Below, piece after piece: positions 29,301-35,540 of a DNA stretch of 35,540 nt. The position numbers and the translations under genes are program-made. Under the pieces are notes generated by a model. That model ran no database searches. It was given only the letters and a program-made list of their open reading frames with translations, and was not told the origin of the DNA. Source of the stretch: a virus (lineage: Duplodnaviria > Caudoviricetes); the IMG/VR virus record IMGVR_UViG_3300031758_000261, positions 1 to 35,540 of that record; one strand, 5' to 3'. Numbering within the stretch: the stretch's first letter is position 1; each line of letters begins with the position of its first letter.

Positions 29301-29541
29301 AGCTTTATTTGCTTTAACATATCCTTATAATTCAACCTCATCAATTTTAGGGAATGGATCATCAACTTCCTTTAATATTAATCATGGATTTAATACAAGA
29401 AATCTTCATATAACAGTATATGATAGTGCATCAGGTGATATAGTTTATCCTGATTTAAAACATGTAAATACTAATACATCAAGCATCACATTTGCAAATC
29501 CTCCTTCTTCAAGTCAATATGTAGTTTACATTTCACAATAA
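26389..29541 (+). CDS. Large mosaic fibre-like protein (1050 aa)
   Basis: Internal duplication (TASYYQETDPVF..KSASLATTGSN.FIGNQT.TGSL twice), poly-Gly hinge, PGGSNTQIQYN module, 4 SH[AT]EG repeats, C-terminal FNINHGFNTRNLHITVY module. Confidence 0.8.
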   Translation: MAGPFDLTGQNIENTYQRVLQTPDGATFYDGTGSLVTLPSADVSGLVTTSSFNAFTASINTFTSSYNTGSFSGSFTGSLNGTASYYQETDPVFVAKSASLATTGSNIFIGNQTVTGSLFTTGSNTLVGNTILSGTLQIQGEYPPSAGSASVSVVGNVDLNGFLRFDPVTSNIDNSISASYIYVSGSTQDLYFSQNGAGYSNVTRLRWLEGNLYTGLLHGGALSQVNSNIYRVASGSGIIVNLNASLNDDPYPTIQFLEWGNLTKTIDALSASFDQQFIAISSSNQIHAQGTPYFNGEVDTYIPIGIVLHQNRSTINGVKTQPSLAYGWKQRSNVFISAFGPLKLSGHALLTSSSRGLTVGSGTSFADGANYPTDPENPSYVTDPGTNVSKIFRYRQSGSNWVYDTNGGIGYTVINPTQYSLNGTLTSVANNSWSIQRVFWYPNSVSKAIVVYYGNAVYSTESEAIANINIETFTEAPNTAANAIYLGAIVIKGDGTFAVAADFTILPGGLFRGVGGGGGGGGGGTTTPGGSNTQIQYNNNGVFGGVPNLTWDGTTLHATGSFTGSFTGSLLGTASYATTASYALNGGVTRLLAGPNITLSPTNGLGQVTITSTGGGGVYGNTATGSYGSFYDTTTQTNPVANVLHSMSINTTDISNGVSISGSTNPFNTYIKTENIGVYDIQFSAQLEKTSTGNTSIAYIWLRKNGVDLAETNTIVELSQNGKGVAAWNWFVNSAANDYYQIMWAADRTDVQLAATTPALGPAVPSLIVTVNRVDQFLSNTGSFTGSFTGSLLGTASTASYYQETDPVFTSKSASLATTGSNNFIGNQTITGSLIHGLAGNIATGEYSHAEGSITKAIGDYSHTEGDNTQAKGNYSHAEGQETITLASAEYSHAEGYGTIASAKWQHIQGQWNATSSVESAFIVGNGSDNDNRSNLIHAAGNEVQISGSLLATSFTGSLLGTASWAESASQALFALTYPYNSTSSILGNGSSTSFNINHGFNTRNLHITVYDSASGDIVYPDLKHVNTNTSSITFANPPSSSQYVVYISQ

Positions 29542-29575
29542 CATACTTTTTAATATTTATAACTAAATGTAGTTA

Positions 29576-31675
29576 ATGGCAAATGTTTACCAAAGTCAAT
29601 ATGCGAAGATTGCTATAAAAGCACTTAATTCTGACAGTGCTTCTTACGCTTTAACAGCTTCGTATGCTATGAATGGTGGTGGTGGAGGAGGAACACCTGG
29701 AGGATCAAACACTACAGTTCAATTTAATGATGCTGGAGCATTTAGCGGATCAGGCACTTTTACATTTGATAAAACTACTAATACTGTTAATATAACAGGA
29801 AGTGCTATTCTTTCAGGAAGTGTATTTATGCCTGGATTAACTAGTAGCACTGCCCCTCAAGTATTAGTTTATGATGATGTATTAGGTCAAGTTTATTATA
29901 CAGCCTCAGCTGCTTTTGGAGGTGTAGGTAGTTCACCTGGAGGACCAAGTACCGCTATTCAATTTAATGATAATGGAAATTTTAATGGAAGTAGTAGTTT
30001 TACTTTTAATGGAGTTGATACTGCTCAATTAACAGGCTCAATGTTTGTAAGTGGAGCAATCTCTGCTTCTTTTGGACCTAGTACTGTTGGATTTTTTGGT
30101 ACAGCAAGTTGGGCACAAAGTGCTTCAAGAGCTGTAACATCTTCATATCCTATTGATTTAACTGGAAGTACATTATTTTCTCGAGGTCCTGTCGCTGGAA
30201 TACCATCTATACCTACAGCTAATAATAGTATATTTTTTGGTGATGGTGCTGGTTTTGTCTCACCAAATGCTTCTCAATCAAACTTTTTAGGTTATAGAGC
30301 AGGTTATATTGCTACAAATGCTAATAACTCAAATTTTATAGGTTATAGTGCTGGGGAAAGAGCAGCTAGTGCTAATAATTCAAACTTTTTAGGTTTTAAT
30401 GCTGGAAATAACGCCTCATTAGCCTCTCAATCAAACTTTTTAGGTTATGGTGCAGGTAATAATTCTACATATGCTAGTGATTCAAATTTTATTGGATATT
30501 CATCTGGTTTAACCTCAACTAGAGCTAATAACTCAAACTTTTTAGGTTTTAGTGCTGGTCAAAGTGCTACAAATGCTTCTCAGTCTAACTTTTTAGGACG
30601 AACTGCTGGAACATCAGCTACAAATGCTGCTTTTTCAAATTTTATGGGATTTGAAGCTGGTAATAGTTCTACAGATGCTAATAACTCAAATTTTATAGGT
30701 AATGGTGCTGGGGCTTTAGCTACAAACGCTTCCCATTCAAACTTTTTAGGGTACAGAGCAGGTCGCTCAGCTATAAATGCTCCTTTTTCAACCTTAATAG
30801 GTTATCAAGTTGGATACAATAATGTTTTTCTTCCTGGGACTAGTATAGGTTCTAACAATATTATTATTGGGACAAACATTACATTACCATATTCTGCTTC
30901 TAATTCTATTAACTTAGGAGGAATAATATTTGCTACTGGTTCCTATTCAACTACTACTGGTGCTCCATTTTCTGGTTCTGCAGCTGGTAGAGTTGGTATT
31001 AATATATACCCACCTTCTTATAATTTACATGTATCAGGTACAGTAGCATTCCCAAATTTAACAGATTCAAACACTGCTACTAATGTAGTATTAATAGATA
31101 GTAGTGGCCAGTTATTCTATACAGCTTCAAGTGCTATTGGTGGTGGAAGTGGAACTCCAACATCCCCCGGCGGACTAAACACTCAAATTCAATTTAATAG
31201 TGGAAGTACTTTTAGTGGAAGTGGAAACTTTACATTTGATTATGTCACTAACGCTATTCAATTAACCGGATCATCCTTAATAACAGGATCATTAATTGTA
31301 ACAGGTTCAACATCAGTATTAGGTACTTCCTCTATTAATGGTATAGTTTTAATAGGTACTTCATCTGCTCAAGCCTTATACACTACAGCTAGAATAACAA
31401 CTGTAGCTGGTATTAATACTATTTATTCTTTACCAACAGCCTCATATGATGGAGCATTTTTTGACTACACATTAATATCAGGAACAAATGCTAGAGCAGG
31501 ACAAATAATGTCTATTTGGAGTGGCAGTGAAATAAAATACACAGAAACAACAACAACAGATATAGGATCAACCTCCAATTTTATATTCTCAGTAGCATTA
31601 ACAGCAGGTTCTGCTTCATTACAAGTAACAGGATCTACAGGAGCAGTAATAAAAACAATAATAAAAGGTATATAA
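29576..31675 (+). CDS. Mosaic fibre/adhesin protein with 17-aa SNF[LIM]G..AG repeats
   Basis: 10 SNF[LIM]G repeats (about 30275-30790) and three PGG..T..QFN modules; ATATTTAT at 29553-29560. Confidence 0.8.
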   Translation: MANVYQSQYAKIAIKALNSDSASYALTASYAMNGGGGGGTPGGSNTTVQFNDAGAFSGSGTFTFDKTTNTVNITGSAILSGSVFMPGLTSSTAPQVLVYDDVLGQVYYTASAAFGGVGSSPGGPSTAIQFNDNGNFNGSSSFTFNGVDTAQLTGSMFVSGAISASFGPSTVGFFGTASWAQSASRAVTSSYPIDLTGSTLFSRGPVAGIPSIPTANNSIFFGDGAGFVSPNASQSNFLGYRAGYIATNANNSNFIGYSAGERAASANNSNFLGFNAGNNASLASQSNFLGYGAGNNSTYASDSNFIGYSSGLTSTRANNSNFLGFSAGQSATNASQSNFLGRTAGTSATNAAFSNFMGFEAGNSSTDANNSNFIGNGAGALATNASHSNFLGYRAGRSAINAPFSTLIGYQVGYNNVFLPGTSIGSNNIIIGTNITLPYSASNSINLGGIIFATGSYSTTTGAPFSGSAAGRVGINIYPPSYNLHVSGTVAFPNLTDSNTATNVVLIDSSGQLFYTASSAIGGGSGTPTSPGGLNTQIQFNSGSTFSGSGNFTFDYVTNAIQLTGSSLITGSLIVTGSTSVLGTSSINGIVLIGTSSAQALYTTARITTVAGINTIYSLPTASYDGAFFDYTLISGTNARAGQIMSIWSGSEIKYTETTTTDIGSTSNFIFSVALTAGSASLQVTGSTGAVIKTIIKGI

Positions 31676-31679
31676 TAAA

Positions 31680-32420
31680 ATGAGTATTTCAATAAGTGGT
31701 AAAATAGTTACAAATGGATTAGTTATTCATCTAGACGCTTTAAATCCAAAGTCATATCCTGGAAGTGGTACTACTTGGTATGATTTAACCTCTTATAATA
31801 ACACAGGTAGTTTGTTTAATAATCCAACTATAGTAAACGGATATATTTCTTGTAGCGGTTATGATAATACTGAAAGAGTAGTTATTAATGATATTGATGA
31901 AATAGGATCTACAACAGAATATGTTACTGTTGATATGTGGGCTAGACTTAAAAATCCACCCAATATAGAGGGCACTACTGGAATGTTCTGTGGATTCGGA
32001 TCAGCATATAGTGTACAATTAAGACCAGTAGATGATGCTTTAGGTTTCACTAGTGGAACTAATGATATATATGGAATTGACACTGTCACTGAATTAGGGT
32101 TAGTAGATAATTGGAAACATTATTGTTTTGTAATGATAGATCAATTACATTATCCTTTATTAACTTTAGATGATCAAAAAATTTATATTAATGGTCAATC
32201 TCAAGCTTTAAGCCAACAAGTTGGTACTACAAGTACTCCATATTTTTCTTTTAGTAGTCCATTTTCTTCACTTTCTCTTCCTGGAAGGACATACACTGGT
32301 GGTAATACTCTTTTATTAAATATGGATATAGCTTTAGTAAAAATTTATAATCGCCAACTAACACAAGCAGAAGTAACCCAAAACTTCAATGCACATAAAG
32401 GAAGATTTAATATTTATTGA
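31680..32420 (+). CDS. LamG/concanavalin A-like lectin-fold protein
   Basis: IVTNGLV.HLDA.N..SYPGSGTTWYDL start, WKHYCFV, KIYING, KIYNR.LT.AEV.QNFNA.KGRF end. Confidence 0.8.
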   Translation: MSISISGKIVTNGLVIHLDALNPKSYPGSGTTWYDLTSYNNTGSLFNNPTIVNGYISCSGYDNTERVVINDIDEIGSTTEYVTVDMWARLKNPPNIEGTTGMFCGFGSAYSVQLRPVDDALGFTSGTNDIYGIDTVTELGLVDNWKHYCFVMIDQLHYPLLTLDDQKIYINGQSQALSQQVGTTSTPYFSFSSPFSSLSLPGRTYTGGNTLLLNMDIALVKIYNRQLTQAEVTQNFNAHKGRFNIY

Positions 32421-32424
32421 TAAC

Positions 32425-32448
32425 AAATCTTGGATAGGGAAAAGATTT
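32425..32448 (+). promoter_or_regulatory. Leader hairpin with a purine-rich loop
   Basis: AAATCTT-GGATAGGGAA-AAGATTT between ATATTTAT (32410-32417) and ATG 32454. Confidence 0.45.
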
Positions 32449-32453
32449 AAAGT

Positions 32454-33614
32454 ATGGCAAATGAATTTGTAATAAAAAATGGATATTTCTCTCAAGGAAA
32501 TTCCAATGTGACAGGATCATTACGAGTATCTAGTTCTATAGGTGTTGTAGGATCAGGTTCAGATGTACTATCAGTATATGGCTCTCAAGGTAATTTACTA
32601 GTAGTGACAGATAGTATGTCTGGTTCTTTATTTACTATATCAGACATTTCAGGTTATCCCATTTTAGATGTTACTTCTGATTATTATACAAGTTCAGTTT
32701 TTTTACCTACTTTAACAAATTTATCTCAAGTTAACGCTGTTGTTATTGATACAGCTAGCGGTCAATTATATTATTTGCCTACAAGTTCTATTGGAGGCGG
32801 AGGAACACCAGGCGGATCAAATAAACAAATTCAATTTAATGCTGATGGAGCATTTAGTGGTTCTTCAAATTTTACATTTGATAGTTCTTCTAATGCTTTA
32901 ACTTTAACTGGTTCTTTAAATACAAGTGGTAGTACAATAATAAATGGTAGTGATTTAACCACTCAACCCTTTTCTTCTCTCACTAGTATTCCAACTCAAA
33001 TAGCAGGTAATGCGGGTATTAGAGGAAATTTATATGTTTACCCTAAATCAGGTGCTACTACCTCTAGTATAGTTTTTGGAGGTGGGGGATATTCATCTTG
33101 GACTTTACAATCATTAGCATATAATTATTTTCAAATTCGTTCTACACCAAATGAAGGAGAAACACCTGGCCCACCAACCACACTAATGCATTTCTCATCA
33201 GGAAGTAATGGTGAGTTTAGAATTGGTGTTTTAAATGAAACCCCAGAATATACTTTTGATATTAGCGGCAGTGCTCGTGTTACTGGATCTTTTTATTTAC
33301 CTGGTTTAATAACATCATCTCAGTTAAACGTTGTAGTAATAGATACAGCTAGTGGTCAATTATACTATACTGCTTCATCAGCTATAGGAGGAGGTGGTAC
33401 TTCAACTTCATCATTTTTAGGAAATGGATTATCATCATCATTTAATATCAACCACGGTTTTAATACAAGAAATCTTCATATTACAGTTTATGAAAGCAGT
33501 TCAAATGGTGAAACAGTATACCCAGATATAAGAAGAATAAATGAGAATACAGCAAGTATCATATTTGCAAATCCACCATCAACAGATCAATATATAGTTT
33601 ATATATCACAATAA
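32454..33614 (+). CDS. Mosaic fibre-like protein
   Basis: Two VVIDTASGQLYY modules, a PGGSNKQIQFN module, and a C-terminal module highly similar to that of the 26389 protein. Confidence 0.8.
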   Translation: MANEFVIKNGYFSQGNSNVTGSLRVSSSIGVVGSGSDVLSVYGSQGNLLVVTDSMSGSLFTISDISGYPILDVTSDYYTSSVFLPTLTNLSQVNAVVIDTASGQLYYLPTSSIGGGGTPGGSNKQIQFNADGAFSGSSNFTFDSSSNALTLTGSLNTSGSTIINGSDLTTQPFSSLTSIPTQIAGNAGIRGNLYVYPKSGATTSSIVFGGGGYSSWTLQSLAYNYFQIRSTPNEGETPGPPTTLMHFSSGSNGEFRIGVLNETPEYTFDISGSARVTGSFYLPGLITSSQLNVVVIDTASGQLYYTASSAIGGGGTSTSSFLGNGLSSSFNINHGFNTRNLHITVYESSSNGETVYPDIRRINENTASIIFANPPSTDQYIVYISQ

Positions 33615-33757
33615 TGCCACAATTTTTAACTGACATACAGTTTGTAGCTACAAGTTCTATTGAAACCCCAGAAAGTGGTTTTGTAACTTTATACTTAAAA
33701 ACAGATGGATATATGTATGTAAAACTTTCTAACGGAACTGAATATAAATTAGGATAA
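33614..33757 (+). CDS. 47-aa stand-alone N-terminal docking-like module (not in the ORF track)
   Basis: TAATG-coupled; MPQFLTDIQFVATSSIETPESGFVTLYLKTDGYMYVKLSNGTEYKLG aligns with the N-termini of the next two genes. Confidence 0.75.
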   Translation: MPQFLTDIQFVATSSIETPESGFVTLYLKTDGYMYVKLSNGTEYKLG

Positions 33758-33763
33758 TTTGTT

Positions 33764-34852
33764 ATGAGTCAAATATTAAAAAGTTTATCTTTCCAAACCC
33801 AATCATCCACTCCAGGTACACCTTCCTCAGGATTTGGGGCATTATATGCTAGTGGTAGTACAGGATTCTTTTTTAAAAACAGTGCTGGTACAAACTACCC
33901 ACTTGAACCTCAAGCATCTGGTCCTGGTTATATCATAATAAATGAATATACAGGTTCAAATCCTGGAGGAGGAACTTTAACTTATACTTGGTTTAATAAT
34001 AATCCAAATATAAAATATATTCAAGTTATTTGTGTAGGTGCTGGAGGTGGTGGTGGTGGTAATGGCAGAAGCGCAACAACTCAAAACTTACTTGGAGGAG
34101 CAGGAGGAGGAGGTGGAGCCATAGCTTGGGGATTTTTTGATTCAGCATCATTAACTCAATCTAGTTACACTATTAGTGTTGGAGCTGGAGGAGCAGGTGG
34201 AAGTGGTGGTTCTGGCATTACAGGTGGTGCTGGAAGAGCAGGTGAGTATACAACTTTTGGTGGGAATATGGTGAGTGCTAGTGGTGGAAGAGGTGGAGAT
34301 ACCGGAGGTAATTTAGCTGTAGCTACTATATTTGGTGGAGCAGGAGGATTAGCCACAGATTGTAGACCTGGCCCTGGATTTGCTATTCCTGGAGGAAATG
34401 GTGCTAATACTAGTCGTACAGTAAATGCTGGAACACCTACATCTATTTTTTCAACTCCTTTATCTCCTTCTGGTTCAGCTGGAGGAGGAGGAGGTTCAGG
34501 ATATAGTAGTACACTTAATTTAGGATTATCTGGTTCTTTAGGTGCTAGTGGATTTCAATGGAATACTTTAATTTCTAATAATTCAACATCTGCTAACTCA
34601 GGATCAAATAATTTAGTAACAGCTACTGTTTTATTGCAATTTACTAGTAGTGTATTCACAACAACATATGGTTTAGGTGGAGGAGGAAATGGTCCTATTT
34701 CAGCTTCAGCTGTTAGTGTAGCTGGAGGAAATGGAGGGCTTTTTGGAGCAGGAGGAGGAGGATCCAGTGGTATTGTTACATCTTCAATCACAGCAGCCCA
34801 ACCAGGAGGAAGTGGATCCTCAGGTTTATGTTTAATAGCGGAATATTATTAA
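33764..34852 (+). CDS. Glycine-rich virion protein
   Basis: YIQVICVGAGGGGGG...GGGGG...YTISVGAGG pattern and GLCLIAEYY end, typical of phage Gly-rich fibre domains. Confidence 0.8.
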   Translation: MSQILKSLSFQTQSSTPGTPSSGFGALYASGSTGFFFKNSAGTNYPLEPQASGPGYIIINEYTGSNPGGGTLTYTWFNNNPNIKYIQVICVGAGGGGGGNGRSATTQNLLGGAGGGGGAIAWGFFDSASLTQSSYTISVGAGGAGGSGGSGITGGAGRAGEYTTFGGNMVSASGGRGGDTGGNLAVATIFGGAGGLATDCRPGPGFAIPGGNGANTSRTVNAGTPTSIFSTPLSPSGSAGGGGGSGYSSTLNLGLSGSLGASGFQWNTLISNNSTSANSGSNNLVTATVLLQFTSSVFTTTYGLGGGGNGPISASAVSVAGGNGGLFGAGGGGSSGIVTSSITAAQPGGSGSSGLCLIAEYY

Positions 34853-34875
34853 TATTTATTAATAAAATATTAGTT

Positions 34876-35540
34876 GTGAAAATTCTTAACACACTTTTAG
34901 CTGTTACTCATTCAACAGATCCTACACCATCATCTGGGTTTGGAAGTATATATGCTAGTGGAAGTTTAATTTACTTAACCAGTTCTATAGGTATTGTTAA
35001 TTTAACTAATGCTATCACAGCAAATGGATCTAGTAGTTTTACTGTATACACTAGCTCAGGAACTTACACTTACCCTACAGGCTCAGGTATACAATATATA
35101 AAAGTAGTATGCGCTGGTGGTGGAGGTGGTGGTGGTGGTGGGCGATTAGGTGTAGCTAACTCCAACAGAGCTGGAGGAGGAGGAGGAGCGGGTGGTAATA
35201 TAAACATAGCTTATTTTTCTTCATCTTCATTAACAACAGGTAGTTATACTGTAACTGTAGGAGCAGGAGGAAGTGGAGGAGCAGGAAGGTCTGGATCTAT
35301 TACTTTTACAGGCGGAGATGGAAATGTTGGAGCAGACAGTACATTCGCCTCAGGTTCAACAGTTCTTTTAAGAGGTGTAGGTGGCCCATTTGGTACAGGT
35401 GGATCCACAACCCCTGGCCTTGCAGGTACTAATGTAGCTCCTACATCCCCTACAGTCCCTAACCCATACCCTCCCTTTTATTATTCAGGAGTTAATGGAG
35501 CTGCGGGATCAACAACTACAGGTGCTAGCGCAGGTAGTGC
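34876..35540 (+). CDS. Glycine-rich virion protein, paralog of 33764 (truncated by the window end; not in the ORF track)
   Basis: GTG start 16 nt after ATATTTAT (34852-34859); MKILNTLLAVTHSTDPTPSSGFGSIYASGS...YIKVVCAGGGGGGGGG...YTVTVGAGG; open to the window end. Confidence 0.8.
   Translation, partial: MKILNTLLAVTHSTDPTPSSGFGSIYASGSLIYLTSSIGIVNLTNAITANGSSSFTVYTSSGTYTYPTGSGIQYIKVVCAGGGGGGGGGRLGVANSNRAGGGGGAGGNINIAYFSSSSLTTGSYTVTVGAGGSGGAGRSGSITFTGGDGNVGADSTFASGSTVLLRGVGGPFGTGGSTTPGLAGTNVAPTSPTVPNPYPPFYYSGVNGAAGSTTTGASAGS

Noticed and set aside
29340-33614. Duplicated C-terminal domains as a possible diversity-generating retroelement TR/VR pair
   Set aside because: Both copies are coding ends of genes, differences include an indel and non-adenine substitutions, and there is no reverse transcriptase in the window.
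1572-34791. Minus-strand and nested alternative-frame ORFs in the track (e.g. 11439-12278, 4080-4436, 4064-4282, 28038-28250)
   Set aside because: They lie within or opposite well-supported + strand genes and have low-complexity shadow composition with no motifs.
1-35540. Stop-codon reassignment (the gene ends I checked are TAA or TGA, not TAG)
   Set aside because: Core genes are full length under the standard code with high coding density, so nothing requires recoding; TAA bias fits the AT richness.

Overview
AT-rich segment of a large T4-like (gp17/gp20/gp21/gp23-type) dsDNA tailed phage; all credible genes are on the + strand. Gene order: accessory/head-cargo genes (DUF6884-like protein, P-loop kinase, Glu/Lys-rich proteins), terminase large subunit, portal, head-associated proteins, prohead protease, scaffold, major capsid protein, PhoH, three tandem fibre/adhesin paralogs, gp13/gp14/gp15-like neck and tail-completion proteins, then a long array of mosaic Ser/Thr/Gly-rich fibre-like proteins, a LamG-like lectin and Gly-rich proteins. 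A-rich leaders without Shine-Dalgarno sequences and TTTG-N20-TATATTT-type promoters suggest a Bacteroidota host (inference). The most notable signals not explained by the annotation are: (1) a candidate capsid cargo-loading code made of a scaffold C-terminus mimic (MQ[KR][IL]AGL), a shared L..QI....xEVLSE helix and I/L-x-E protease sites; (2) a recurrent ATATTTAT late-promoter-like motif, often 14-16 nt before starts; (3) an [ST]-[GA]-S tripeptide that saturates predicted virion-surface regions, including only the insertion region of the capsid protein (possible modification sequon); (4) structured RNA leaders, including a three-way junction at 24068-24124; (5) a mix-and-match fibre module system with an unannotated 47-aa stand-alone module. 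All product calls come from motif recognition by eye, with no database search.
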